A model generated the notes under the pieces. It was given only the letters and a program-made list of their open reading frames with translations. It did not search any database and was not told the origin of the DNA. Shown here in pieces: positions 38,711 to 52,810 of a DNA stretch of 64,000 nt. Both the position numbers and the translations under genes were made by a program. Origin of the DNA: Adineta vaga (Eukaryota > Animalia > Rotifera); the NCBI GenBank assembly GCA_021613535.1, contig CP075493.1, positions 4,712,001-4,776,000 on the forward strand. Reading direction: 5' to 3'. The first letter of the stretch is position 1, and each line of letters starts with the position of its first letter.

Positions 38711-39352
38711 ATGGATGATATATATTTACAAGTTGATGATCCAATTTTTATTAAACTTGATCCATATTCCGTATCAAGTGATGAATATAGTAATGATACG
38801 ATGCCCAATATAGCGAATGTGAAAACTATGGATTCTTCAATGTCTAAAAAACGTTCCAATTCAGTACGAACATCAGCAGAATATTATGGTCCTATACTTG
38901 TACGAAAACGTCAAACAGCTGCTCCAACAATAGCGACGGGTCGACGTTCAAAAAATACAATTTTTGAAGGTGAAGACGCATCAAAACATGAAATACGTCG
39001 AATGAAAAATCGTGAATCAGCAAGAAATTTGAAAATATTACGAGATAATATCGAACAAGATTTGGAAGCAAAAATTAATGATTTAGAATTAGAAGAAAAA
39101 AATTTACATACATCTGTTGATGTTCTTCGCTCGTATAAACAATATCTTGAAAGACGATATGAACAAGTCATGCTTAGAGACGAACCTATTTCTCCAACGA
39201 GAACGACAAAAGCAACATGTTTTGAAATGCAAAATATATCCCGTAATGAAGATCAATCTCAGTCGCAAATTGAAGCAAAACAAGAACCAAGTTCTCCCTT
39301 ATCATCATCATTATCATCATCCCCACAATGGCAATTATCTTTTTGTATATGA
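38711..39352 (+). CDS. Intronless bZIP transcription factor (Fos/ATF-like basic region)
   Basis: RRMKNRESARNLK basic region followed by a Leu heptad (LEAKINDLELEEKNLHTSVDVL). Confidence 0.88.
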   Translation: MDDIYLQVDDPIFIKLDPYSVSSDEYSNDTMPNIANVKTMDSSMSKKRSNSVRTSAEYYGPILVRKRQTAAPTIATGRRSKNTIFEGEDASKHEIRRMKNRESARNLKILRDNIEQDLEAKINDLELEEKNLHTSVDVLRSYKQYLERRYEQVMLRDEPISPTRTTKATCFEMQNISRNEDQSQSQIEAKQEPSSPLSSSLSSSPQWQLSFCI

Positions 39353-39506
39353 ACATATTTTTAGTAGTTAAATTTAATGTAATTTTTGAATTAGTACAGG
39401 TAGATTTCTAATAAAAATATCAGATTTTTTAACCAAAAATAATATATACACCTGAAAGGTTTTGTTTCTTTTTCTCTCGATCGATAAAGGCGATTTTTCT
39501 GTTTAC

Positions 39507-39518
39507 TAGTGACCTCTA
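39507..39518 (+). promoter_or_regulatory. Motif TAGTGACCTCTA upstream of ECSIT
   Basis: About 105 bp before the ATG. Confidence 0.5.
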
Positions 39519-39621
39519 GCAATGATGTTATAGATGCTTGCTTAAATAACAAGCCAATCTCGAAAGAAAAGTAAAACTTATTCTATAGACAAGAGAAAAA
39601 AAACCGTCTCCGAAATGTAAA

Positions 39622-41083
39622 ATGTTGTTTCGATTGCAATCATCACTTTCATTATTTCTTCGTCGACTTCCGATTTATCAATCTCGAATTTATGCTTCTT
39701 CTACAGCTCCTCGTTCTGATGAAGATTGGGAACAAGATCAAAATCGAAAAGAAAAACCTGAAGATAATTCACATGACAATAAAGATGATCCTGCGGATAT
39801 TTCTTCTATGATTGGACCTTATGTTTCCTCAAAACAGATCGCATTTCATACAGAACAATTTGATTCTGCACATCTTCGACAAAAGAATAAACAAGCTTTT
39901 CTAGTATGTCTTTATTTGCCTTTAAAAAATCTTGACATTGTCTTGTCTATTCTTAGGATGTTGTTGAAGCATATAAAATTCAATTTCCTAATCGTCGTGG
40001 TCATGTCGAATTTATTCGAGCAGCACTTCGACGTATGCCAGATTTTGGTGTTGAACGTGATGCTGAATCGTATAAAAAACTTCTCTCAGTTTTTCCTGTT
40101 GGTCCCTATCGTCATCAATCCATGTTACAAGTTTCTGTTCGATTCTGGCCGAAACAAAATGAAACAGCTTCAGCAATTGTATCAGCTATGGAAGTACAAG
40201 GTATTCCACCTGATCTTGAAGTTGTACATATGTTAAGAGAAATTTTCGGTCCATGGGCACATCCTGTTCGTCGTTTTGCACGTTTCCTTTATTGGGCACC
40301 GAAATTTATTAATAAAAATCCTTATCCAATTCCATGGGAATTGCCAGATAATGAACGTGATTTAGCTAGATTAGCTCTTCAACGTATGACATCAACTGTT
40401 GATATGGAAACAAAAATAGTTGATATACATTCAGCTAGTGATAATTCACCTGATGTAGATCAACCTATTGAAGAACACTCATGGTTAATGTATACTTATA
40501 CACCTAAACAAATTCAATTAATATCATCATTAGTGAAAGATAGACCAATTTATATCGAAGGACCATTTGCTGTTTATCTCAGGAAAAAACAAATGAAATA
40601 TTTTGTCTTAAGAGCAGATCCAACGGAAGAATATTGGAAGAAAAAAGAAGATCTAGAAAAATTTAATACAGATGATGGTAAATTATAGATATCTTCTTCT
40701 TCTTTTAATCATTATTTTTTCTATTTTTTTTAACATTAGTTTCAAATTTACGATCACCATTTCAACCTGGTGCTACTCTTTATATTCCTCCATCAGCTCA
40801 TGAACTAGATGATGGTACTATTTTATCATTATGTATTATAGGCAAACCTTTTACTTCATTGATCAATTGTTGGTTATATCATCTAAGACGATATCATATG
40901 CCAGATTTAAGTCGACTTGTTATTGTCGATAAAACCAAATTAACCAAAGATAAACAAATAGATCGATTTTATACTTCACATCTAACTAGTACACCAGAAT
41001 TTACAATACCACATGATACAAAACGAATAGCTGAAGAACCGAAACCCTGGTGGTTTAATGATGATACAGAAAATAAACACTAA
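39622..41083 (+). CDS. ECSIT: ECSIT, mitochondrial complex I assembly / Toll-pathway adaptor
   Basis: Mitochondrial-type presequence, RRGHVEFI..AL..MPDFGVERD, LYWAPKFINKNPYPIP, YIEGPFAVYLR..YFVLRADP. Exons 39622-39903, 39958-40677, 40740-41083. Confidence 0.93.
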
Positions 41084-42064
41084 TGAATTTCTACTTGATA
41101 TATTTTCTATGAAAAATGTTCAACAGTTCTTGTTTATTTCATCGAAAACTGTAACAGTATATATCAACGATTACTATTCAATTGGAATGAGATTTTGATC
41201 TTACTTAAATGGATATAAGAAAGGAAAAAGACATATTAGATCAAATAAAAATTGAAATAGTAAAATAAATCTGTTTTAATTGAATGAACTGAAACATGAT
41301 AATGAATCTATACATTGTGCGGAAAGAAAGATGTCTGTTTCTTGATGTATAAACGTATCGTTACTGAACTACTTGCAGTAATTAAATATATATATATATA
41401 TGCAAATAATACTCTTTATTAGTTTATATCTTCTTCTGCTAGAGCATAACCTTAGGACATAGACTGAATTTACCATTAGTTAATGAAAACGACATACTTC
41501 GTCATTGTTTTGAAAGTACTCTTTATATAGTATTAAAAGTTTTCAATGACAAAGCCCAGCCAGATAGAAAGATGAAAATAACGATTTCGAAGCGTAGTAT
41601 ACAAAAATAAACTCTCTTTTTTTAGAAAAACACGCCTTGAAATCTTTAAAAATGTGTTATTTTCTCCGTTTTATCTCCCAGCGAGTACTTGTGTTATCTC
41701 ATGTCTGGATTTTCTTCCCTTTTACATTTGCAATTAATTCATACTTTACGATTGAGCAAATATTGTAAATGAAAATGACTTCAGTATTTCTCTTCTTCCA
41801 ACTGAAGATGAGTCAATTTCCGTTAGTTAAGCTACATACTTGTTCAAATTCATTTCTCGAATCTTTCTCTTTTCTCAAGAATTTGAAATAACACGAGGAA
41901 ATCGATTATCCTCGGAAAATCTTGTCATTGAGAACACAAAAAAGACTACAGACTTCATTATTTTTTTTAAAAGATTCTTTATACGATACTCAAATAGAAG
42001 ATTTTCATTACTATCTTCTAGTCTTATATCAATGAGTTGATAATTGTATATTTTATTCTAAATA

Positions 42065-43024
42065 ATGGAAGACGAAAATACGACAATTACCGAAGAAATC
42101 ATATCAGGAGAACCTATTAAATTTACCTTATTATTAATCATTGAAATTCTATCATTGATATGTACGTTATGGATACTCATCTATTTATTTCTAAATTGGA
42201 AAAAAATGATTACAAAAGGTTTACGAAATCATTTCATTCTATCACTTGTTTCAATTACTTTTCTCAATCTAAATATGGATCTTCCTTTTACTATAAGTTC
42301 TTATCGTCTTGGTTATGATGAATATCATACCATTTCATTTTGTCTTTGGTGGTATTGGCTTGATTATACTCTCATTATTATCAGTATTTTTCTCACTGCC
42401 GCTGCAAGTATTCAACGACATATTCTTATTTTTAATGCTCATTGGTTTCATCAATGTCGACGACGATGGTTTTTACATTTTATTCCAATAATTTTCTGTT
42501 TATTCTATCCTGGAATATTCTATTTTATAGTTATGATTATTCATCCATGTGATTATTCGAACTATGAATACACTCAATATTGTTATGTTCCTTGTTATAC
42601 AGAAGAGAGGGTTTTATTTAATCTCGATTGGATGTTAAATACTGCATTTCCATTAGTAACAATTATTCTTGCTAATATAACCTTAATTATTCGTGTTATT
42701 CGTTCTATGAAAAGGACTCGTCAACGACAAGTAATAACTTGGAAACGACAACGGAAATTAACATTACAATTGTTTTTTCTTTCATCATTGTTTGTACTTG
42801 GATGGGCACCATCAACCATTCTATCTATTATACAATCAAGTGCTCTACCTACTTTATTAGAAGATATTCCATCTCTTGATTACATCAATTATTTAACATA
42901 TTTCGTTTGTCCTTTACAACCATTCATATGTGTTTTAGGTTTACCGGAATTGACGAAAAGTTTGAAAAATTTTCTTAGAAAGATATTATCTCGAGCGAAA
43001 GTAACTCCTGTACAAACAATTTAA
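42065..43024 (+). CDS. Intronless rhodopsin-like (class A) GPCR, 319 aa
   Basis: Seven hydrophobic segments, FCLWW in the first extracellular loop, SIQRH (DRY variant), WAP in TM6, PFIC in TM7. Confidence 0.9.
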   Translation: MEDENTTITEEIISGEPIKFTLLLIIEILSLICTLWILIYLFLNWKKMITKGLRNHFILSLVSITFLNLNMDLPFTISSYRLGYDEYHTISFCLWWYWLDYTLIIISIFLTAAASIQRHILIFNAHWFHQCRRRWFLHFIPIIFCLFYPGIFYFIVMIIHPCDYSNYEYTQYCYVPCYTEERVLFNLDWMLNTAFPLVTIILANITLIIRVIRSMKRTRQRQVITWKRQRKLTLQLFFLSSLFVLGWAPSTILSIIQSSALPTLLEDIPSLDYINYLTYFVCPLQPFICVLGLPELTKSLKNFLRKILSRAKVTPVQTI

Positions 43025-43737
43025 TCAGTTACTATACAAATATACATTTTGCTATATAAAGTACATTGTTCGACTAATGTCATTCAAGTTTACGAAATTC
43101 AATTGAAAAGAGAGAATTACAGATACTTATTCGGTTCACTAGCATCTCATTCATTTCTGACAAGTTGACACGTGTCAATGTGTGCAGTAGTCCGAAAATT
43201 TCATATCAAATTTCTTTAATGATGAAAGGGAAACAGAATTGTTTAAAAAAAATAAGTGTGTTTTTCAAGATTTTAGATATCTATGATTATAGAAAATGTT
43301 CTTGTTTCTCTATACATTTACAACAAGAACATCACATTCTCTGTGATGCAATTCTCGGAAAATGTAACTTTGAGTAAAATCACTATCTGATAAAATATTT
43401 AATGCACAGTTTTCTGTCTATTTTGAATGATTCGAACGCATTGTCTCGGTTTTGTGTTAATCTTCTAAAACAGTTATTTTTTACTCCATAACAGTAGAAT
43501 TTCGTCGACGAACTTCTTTGTTAAAACCATTCTGTTTATTGATATTCTTTCTAAATTCGTTTTTCTCCTTCAATCAAATGTACCACACGATTGCTTTACA
43601 TTGACAAAAGAAAAACAGAGAAATAGCACGTACAACACATTTAAATAAGTATATATTTCAAGCACATGAGAGAAGGAGACAGAGAGAGAGAGAAGACAAT
43701 CACCGGTGCTATCTGATATGTATTCAATAATATATCT

Positions 43738-45929
43738 TTAACTTCGTGTTGGAATTTCAATACGAATAAAATTATCTTTGAGAAAATTAACACGTAAACG
43801 AGTATAATCATACTTATGATCTTTCGGTAAACGACAAACTCGTGATGTTGAACGTAGAACAACTTTGTTGGGTGATGATTGTTCTTCGAAAAGATTTTTT
43901 TCTTGTTGTTCAATAAAGACTTTTATTCGATTCATTTTCGGATCGGATTGAATACGTATTTCATCCATTAAGGTTTCAAATGATAAACGTAAATGATAGA
44001 TCAAAATTGGTGGTGAATCATTTGTAAAGGTATATTGTCCGTCCCAAATATCTTCTAATGGATTTTGATGTAATGTATTAAAACGATTTATAATATCAGT
44101 AACTTTTTTTGTATCGGCATATTTTTGAAACGATGGAGAATCACCGACATGAATAATAGTTCGATTATTCTCAAGTTTTTCAATTCTATGTAAAGTAGTA
44201 TTGTTGCTTACGGGTCGGTTGGAGGTGGATGAGTGCGACGATGTGAGCAATCCTTTTTGTTCCAAACCTGAGATGAAAAATAGATTTGAATTGAAATGAA
44301 AAGAAATTAATCTCCAAATGAAACCCACACCATGCAAGGCGAAAGAAAAGAAAAGAAATTCAAATACCATGCTTAGATGAAGAAGACAAAGTTTACTAAC
44401 CCAATCAATAATTGATTTGAATGGACTCAATAATGCTGTAAAAACATTTGGAAGTGAATAAATCGAATAGTAGAATATTAAGATAAATAAGACGACTTGC
44501 TCGTTTATTCAATAAGTTTCTTACGAATTTAAATAGAAATTAGGATGAGAAAAAACTTCAATTGCCATAAATTTAGATAGAAATTGTATAGTATATGATT
44601 TCTAACAATACGAATGAATAGAAGAACTCATTTGAAAGATTCGATTCATGGTTTAAATCCTACTGATATAAAACTTGTTTTCATAGACTCACTTCCTGAA
44701 TCATGTTTTGTCGTTGTAACTTTTGTATTTACAGGAGATGATGATGATGTATTCGATTCTTTTTGTTCGATATATCTTTTTTTTTTAATTTCTCTCCATG
44801 CCCATTGATGGTATTTGCCTTCAACAATTAATTCTCCGTCTTCAGTTAAATAGGCAACAATTGTTTCATCATCAACAACATCCGGTACATATAATTCAGT
44901 TTTTAATTCATGTTTACGATAATTTCCACGTTTATCAGTTGGTTCAATTGTATGACAATGAATTAAAATCTTCGGTCCTTCTAATTGTACACTTATATCT
45001 GATGTATCATAAGTTCTACCAATAGGTACACGCATTTCATAAAGATTTGTTTCACCTTCATCAGATGATGAATCATTATATGTTTGTTTCTGAACTGATT
45101 GTTTCATTGGTTTTAATGAATCTTCGGTAGATGAGGATGACAATACTGGTGTATTAATAGTATCTGAGTCCAATCGTCGTGGAAAATTCGATGTACGTTG
45201 TTCATCAAGTGATTCACAGGATGAACTTACAGATGGTTCACGTCGTCGATGAACAACTGGTCGAACAACGATTCGACGTGATGATTCACGTTTAAGTGGT
45301 TGTTGTCGACGAAGTTTGCACGAACCTCGATTGTCAGAATAGTCAACAGATGATGTCGGTAAATCGTACATAAAACTATTTCCAGATAACGTTCCATTAT
45401 TTGAAGATGTAGACGGTTGCTAGAAAGAAAAACATCATTTATTCATTAATTTCCTTTTACTTAAAATAATATTACTTACTTGTAAATAAGTTTTATATTT
45501 CGATTGATAATGCTGTTGATGTCCAGTATCATTTAGTGTATGTCTTTGTGGATATGTATGTTTGATAAAAGGAGGTGGTGGCGGTTGAGGAATATATCTG
45601 AAATGATCGATGGAATGTGATCGAGGATATTGAAGAATAGTAGATGGCGGCGGATGTGGTCGATTGGTAATATAACCATGACCATGAATTTCAAGTGAGG
45701 GAAGAATTGTTAAAGGATTGGCTGGAGGTGCTGCAACGAGATCAAGAGAACGACTAGCTAAACGGTTTAAATTTGATGTGGATGATATATGTGTTTGTGT
45801 TTGTAATTGTGCTAAATGTTGTTGTTGCTGTTGTTCAAGACGACGATATTGACGATCCAATGCAAATAATTCTTCAACAGACAAACCTAATGGTCGTTGC
45901 GTTGATGATTGAGAAGAGGTGACCAACAT
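43738..45929 (-). CDS. Large small-heat-shock (alpha-crystallin domain) protein with one-ACD and two-ACD isoforms
   Basis: Exon 1 45929-45480. Exon 2 starts at 45419 and carries ACD1 (DISVQLEGPKILI...VPDVVDDETIVAYLTEDGELIVEG). It ends at stop 44646, or at GTGAGT donor 44692, which joins in frame to exon 44267-43738 (divergent ACD2). Confidence 0.75.
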
Positions 45930-46985
45930 CTTATTCTCTCTAAAGTAAAATTTCTTCTTCGTATGTACGACTCATATAAAGAGTAAAACGAAACGAACAA
46001 AAAAAGAAGGAAAAGAATAATACTCCTATTCTCTCGTTCTTTTTCTCTGTCCTTTCACCAAACAAACCATCAAAATTCACCCAACGAAAAGGCTAAAGAA
46101 CAGCAAAACAGAACAATAGATGTTGTGGTCGAAAGGAGCTAAAAGACGAGAAGAAAAAAAAAGAAAACGAAGCATCGTCATCTCTTTTCGGACCGATCGT
46201 ATTCATTGTACTCTCTTCTCTCTCTCTCTACTTTCTAATTACTACCACAACAACAACACAAAAAGACGACGACGACGACAACGACGACAGACAGATAGAC
46301 ATACTCTTGCAAAATCGATCCAATGGCACACGCTCGCATTTCTTCTGTGCGAAGAACAGCTGTGAATATATACAAGATGACGAATTCTCCCCTAGCATAT
46401 TTATAGTTATTGCATAAACACACACACGACAGTAGCAATACGATATTGCAAAAACGCCTACACATTCGTGCGTCCAGCAGGCAACACCGAAAAAAATATA
46501 GAAAGAAAATCATCATCAATGACGTTCTTTTTCTAAACATAGAATAATCGATATTGTCAAAGAAAGCTTTATTTTATGCTTTTCGAGAGTATCATTTATG
46601 TTAATAGCAACAGAACAACTCATTTGCTTCTATTGTATTCTTATTTTTCTTTACAACACGTGTGACAAATATATACTTACTTCATTCACTGAGAAGAAGA
46701 AAAAGAAGAAATTAATTGAAATATAGATTGTGACTTGACTATAAGAGAACGAAAACGTTATGATTGTAAATTAGTATCACTTTACAATTATCAAGCGAAA
46801 ACAAAAAGAAAAGAAGAACATCTTTTCTTTTGCAATGATTGGACGAATACTAGTCAACATGTATTTATTTTTGATAAAGAGAAGAAATCAGAATCTTGTT
46901 ATGTATATATTTGCATTACTGTAGAATTTCTTTATTTTTTTTCAAAAAAAAAAGAAAGAAAAAATGAGACAACATTGATATTCTT

Positions 46986-48479
46986 CTAGAGGACACTTTC
47001 TTGTTCGCCCGCCTTTGTACTTTCCACGGAGTCTTCATCGCTCGTATCTTTATTATCTTTTTGATACGCTTCAATTAATCTAAAGTAAAACATGAAATAA
47101 AAAATCGACTAAATACAAAAAGATAATTTCCTACTTGGATTTTTTGCTAATATCATTAGCAGTATTTTCCGAAGTATCTGAATCACTTGCTGAATGTGAT
47201 CGTTTACGAATACGTGCTACTGCATTGTCAACCGAAGAAGATGCGGAAGTATTTAAATTGCTTTTATTCTACAAAGAACAATATTTATAAATTCAACAAT
47301 GTTAAGGACATACAGGAGAAGTTGTATTCGATGATACAGGTTGTTGTCTTTCGATGATTTGTATACGAGATTGCAATTCTTTACATAAATTCGTACAATC
47401 AATTGCTGATGCCTATATAATTTCGATTCAGAGGGTAGGTTTTCTTTTCATAGAGATAATAGTTACTTTAATGATGAATACTCGTAGATGGGATTCATCT
47501 TGTGCACCGAATCGTACCGAACGATCGGTTGCTCGTTCGACAGACATCTTGGGAAATATGGGTGAGTTAAGAATAACACGAAATGCTTTGTCTAATCTCA
47601 TGACTAGAAGAAAAGGTAATATTAACATATTCACGAAATGAATTATCATACTTAATCGTGCTTGTAATTTGTCCCAATCTGATGGATCGTGACTTTCATT
47701 GATTTTTAAAATTCCATAACCACGTTCAACAAACTGTTGTTGTTCAGGATTATACATATACAACTTTCCAGCCATCTGTAATATACACAATTCTGATAAG
47801 ATATCTTTTAGCAACAGAAATCAAATTTTCCAACCTGAAATTTTGTTACTTCATGCTCTTCACCGGTTGATGTATCACCTTGAATATTAGCTGATGGATG
47901 AGTTGTTGCTCGTATTGCTTCATATTCAGCAGCTGTTTCAAACAATGAACGTGTAGACTTATTAATTTCTTCACTGTTTTCATTTTCATCACCGTCTTCT
48001 TCGTCTTTTTCTTCGTCGTTATCCTCGTCAGCCGTTTCATCTTCTTTTGATTTTGTGTCATTTGCTACACCAAATAATTGTTTACTAAAGAAGATTGATC
48101 AATCCATTATCAGTTCATTCTAAATTTTAGGATCGTATACTTAGCACTAAGTGGAGCAAGTGTTGAAGCTAATGACGTGGATGATGCACCAAATCCTCCA
48201 CTATTCGTTGATGACATTTTTGAAAGTGTACTGGTAAAATAACTTGTTGAGGTAGATGAAGAATTATCTCCATTTGAAGATAATTGTCCAAATGTACTAA
48301 AGCCTGTTCCATTTGGTTTAAATTGCCCAAATAAACGAACTGGTGTGGATGTATTCACATTACTAGCTTCTTTTTCCGTTTTTTCATCATTATTATTACT
48401 ACTTTCTGATAGAATAAAATCAAGATAAATATATGAAGATTTAAACAAATGAAAAATTAAACTCACCATTGTTTGACAT
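46986..48479 (-). CDS. RANBP3: Ran-binding protein 3-like (RanBD, FG motifs)
   Basis: FG-containing N-terminus, TGEEHE, KLYMY..QQFVERGYGILKINE, ARL.MRLDKAFRVILN. Confidence 0.85.
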
Positions 48480-48599
48480 CGTAATGTATAAGGAACTTTG
48501 ATCTAATATTGGTCAATGATAAAAATATATAAATGAAGGATAGAATATGATTAGTGTGAAACAATTTACCAATCAAATAAAGTTTCAGAAAAACTTGAC

Positions 48600-48611
48600 T
48601 AGTGACATCTG
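48600..48611 (+). promoter_or_regulatory. Motif TAGTGACATCTG in the RANBP3/CEP131 bidirectional promoter
   Basis: Lies centrally in the 241-bp gap between the divergent ATGs. Confidence 0.55.
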
Positions 48612-48720
48612 TATGATAAAATGAAGTCTATTCCTAAGTATTCAATAGTCATAAGAATAGAAGTATGGTAAATATGCAAATGATTTTTTCTTTCATAGTT
48701 ATTTCTCGTTAAGATTACTA

Positions 48721-51700
48721 ATGGCTTTTCGTTCAAATGATGGATATAATTTATCATTGAAAGGCAATTCTCTTCAACCACCATCAGGAAATCTCTCTTC
48801 ACGTCCAACTAGTGCAAGAAATCATTCTCAAACACGACAACCAACAACATCATCCAGACCAGGTAATAGACACAAGAAATAAAAATTGATTCCATCCTTT
48901 TATATTAATTCTAGGAACTGGTAGAGAACATCGAATACATTCAAATATTAGTAGTGCTCGACAAAGGTTAACTATTATATTTCTAATTTAGAAATCTATA
49001 TTTTGTTAAATTTTAGACGACATAGTAATAGCGGACAGAAACCTGCTTGGTTGACATCTCCTACACCGGATGCTAAACAAGTATGAAGTTTATTGATATT
49101 ATAAAAATCCTATTAATACTTACTACTCTATCAGCAATAATACATTTCTCATTTCAGTTCTTTGTAGAAAGAAAAAATTTGAAAAAAAAGAACTATTCTT
49201 CAAAGAATTTGAAACCTTTTCGATGTATTTATAGAATACTTCAACATCATCAAGTGTATTTCGAGCAGTCAGTCCACAACACGATGATCTCGATGCCTTT
49301 TTTACAGATGGAGAACAATCAAATCCCCATCGAAACCGAGCTGATGAAGATGAATGGGATGATACACATCGTTGGATTGATAAACTTCATTCTGTTAATG
49401 GATCGTTTACATCAGCTCAACAACGAAGTCGACCAGTTGGCCACGTAAGTCTGTCACGAGATAGTTTGAATGGAGCACCAAATCTTCTTCAATCAAGTCA
49501 TAATCGACGTGGACAGCATTTGCCGGCATCACAGATAGCCGGCATCTCTCAAGCTACAGCAACTGAAGTAGATTTAAGGACAAAAATGGCTTCGATTACT
49601 ATTCAACGATGGTATCGAAAAATTCAAATGAGACGTAACATGGCTGAAGCAGCATTGAAAAGGTAGACAATCAGGTTGAATTATTCATTTTTATTATTAT
49701 TTTATTATTTAAGAGTACTTGAACAGAAGAAAATTGAACATCACGCATCATTAGAACGAACTAAAGAATTAGAAAAGTTAGCTTTATTAGAACAGAAGAA
49801 AACTCGCGAAGATAAAGTGCGACAAACACGATTAATAACTCTCAAGGTATCAATGAATTCTTTATTTCTTAGTTTTGAATATAAATCGAGATTGATTAAT
49901 TTTCTTTAGGAAGCCCAACAACAACAACAACAACGAAGAAAACCACCTTATGAAAATCATATTAAAATCGATGAACGTCGTCCATCCACACCCAATCATC
50001 GACCCGTATCTTCTAGACACCGAACAAATCCTAGTCCATTACCACTTCCACCTTCTTCTTATATAGATGAAGTATTCATTTCTTGTCTCTTATATAGAAT
50101 TAAATAGTTCAATTGACCTTTTCACTAGAAAATTACATCTGATAGTTCCACAACATCCAAAGTAACATTAACAGATGTTTATGAAACATTAAGAAAATTA
50201 GAAGAAGTCGAACAATTTCCTATTCAATCATCAGTTGAAAATGATTCGGGTATGTCTATATCATAGATAACAAAATTTGACAAGAGAAATGATAATTAGA
50301 TTTATAAATCAATAATCTCACATTTGTATGGATATTTAGCTTATTTCATTGACGCAACAACACCACCTCCAGTTAATGAAACACCACCGAGTCGCGTTGA
50401 TTCAATTTTATCCTATTTGGATGAAGCTAATCAGAATGATGTCAGTACTATTGAAAGTGTTCGTTCACAAAAGTCAACGGCTCCTTCAACTATTCGTTTT
50501 ACAACTCCACCTCAATCAACTCGCCAACAACAACCTCCACCAAAAAAAGTGGCCCAATCTGTTTCTATCACACAGACACGTGCATCTCCGTCAGTTGATC
50601 AACAAATAAAACATGGACATAAAGTAATTGCGATAACATTTCATACTGAAACGATTTTAATTTCTTGATCTAACTAAAGGTTACAACTCCACATAAATCT
50701 TTAGCAGTCACTGCTGTACAACTAAGAAAATCTCCAGATGAAGAACTAGAAAATGAAGATAATATTGAAGATCGTGAAACTATTCGTGCTGCTCAGGATA
50801 TTACTGATACAGTTATACAATTACGAATGGATAATGAAGAAAAACAACGACAAATAATTATTTTTCAACAAAGATTGGTAAATAATAATAACATTTATAG
50901 TAATAAATTTATAGACGAAATTTTAGAATCAACAACGTGAATTGAATATTCGTCATGCAAAAGAATCAGAACGAGAATTAGAACATCGATTACAATTACA
51001 AAAAGATGATTATGAAGGAACAATTCAACGACATTTAACATTTATAGATCAGGTATGTTACGATTCTTTTCCTACTTGTCATTTATGATCATCACACAAT
51101 CTATATTTAGTTAATCGATGACAAAAAGAAATTATCTGAACGATGTGAACGTCTTGTTACAGAATTAAAAACAATCGATAAGAAATCCAGTGATCGTTTG
51201 AAAACAATGGAAGAATCTCATCGAATTGAATTACAAAAATTAAAAGATGTTCATGAAGCTGCAGAAAAACTTCGTCGTGAACGTTGGATCGATGAAAAAA
51301 CGAAAAAAATCAAAGAATTAACTGTTCGTGGTTTAGAACCTGAAATTCAGAAATTAATCGGTAAACACAAAGCTGAATTAGCAAAAATGAAAACAATTCA
51401 TGAAGCAGAATTATTAGCAGCTGATGAACGTGCTGCTCAACGTTATGTTCGTATGACTGAAGATTTACGTGATCAACTAGAACGAGAGAAAGAATCAGCA
51501 ATTGCTCGAGAACGTGATAGTGCACGTGAAAAATATGAAAAAGCAATTCATGATGAAGAAAAAGCATTTGGAGAACAACGTCGACGACTTTATACAGAAA
51601 TTGAAGATGAAAAAAATCGACAAGCTGAATTAGCATCAAAACAACGTTCTGAATTAGATAAGTATGTTTTTTGTTTGTCTCAATTCTCGAAGACTTCATT

Positions 51701-52810
51701 TAATATCATTGTAGACTTCGTCGTGATATTGAAGAAAATCATCGTACAGCTGTCGATGCAGCTAAACGTGAATATGAAGCGATACGTTTAGAACAAGAAC
51801 GACGACATACAAGTGAAATTAATGAATTAAAAGAAAAATTAGCATTAGAAAAACAAAGTTGGGAAGAAAATTATATGAAAAAACAGGAGACATCTTTATC
51901 AGGAAAAGAACGAGAATTACGAGAACAAATGAGACGTGAACGTGATAAAGAAATTGAAAAGATTATTTCACAATTTGAATCTGATACAACGATGACAAAA
52001 GAAGAAGCTGAACGTACTGCTGACAATCGTGTTAAGTAAGGCATCAGATATTTTCCGTTTTTTCGAAGGAATCTCTTTGATTGATTTAGACGTATTCGAG
52101 ATAAATATGAATCAGAATTTCGTGAACTTGAACATTCAGAAAAACAAACCAAAGAACGATATAATCAAATGAAATCACAAATGACTGAAGTTGAAGGTAA
52201 CATTTTTATTCTTTAAAGATTTACTGCATAGAAAATCTATTCACAGGTGAAAACGAACGATTACAAGTCATACTTAAACAGAAAGATACTGAAATCAATG
52301 ATGTGAAAAAGGTAATTATATCTGATCATGATTCTGAAAAAAAAAGACTTCTATCGTGCTTGATTTAGATCACTGAAACATTACAAAAGGAGCGTGAACG
52401 TTTATCAGATATCATTCGACAAGAATTTGCTGATCGACTTGTTTTAACTGAAGATGAAAATCGTCGAATTAAAGGTGATATGGCTGAATTACGTGCTCGA
52501 CAACAATTAGAATTGGATAAGAAAAAAGAAGAAATCAATGCTTTACAACAAGATAAAGAAAAAGAATTAGAAACTGTTCATGAAAAGTAAAGTTCATGAT
52601 TACATATCAACTCTTTTCTATTGTTTTCTCTTTAGAATTAAACAAGCAATTAGTAAAAAAGATGAACAAGTTCAAACATTACGTGCACAATTCGATGCAG
52701 CAATAAAACGAGCTGATCATCTTGAAGGTTTATTAGCACAACAAAGAAAGTTAATTGCCACAACACCTGCAAATAGCAATAATACACCAAAAAAACCTGC
52801 ACCATCCTAA
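48721..52810 (+). CDS. CEP131: Centrosomal/centriolar-satellite protein CEP131 (AZI1)
   Basis: IQ-like ASITIQRWYR, YEGTIQRHLTFIDQLIDDKK, RERWIDEKTKKIKELTVRGLEPEIQKLI, RADHLEGLLAQQR. Multi-exon coiled coil. Confidence 0.93.
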
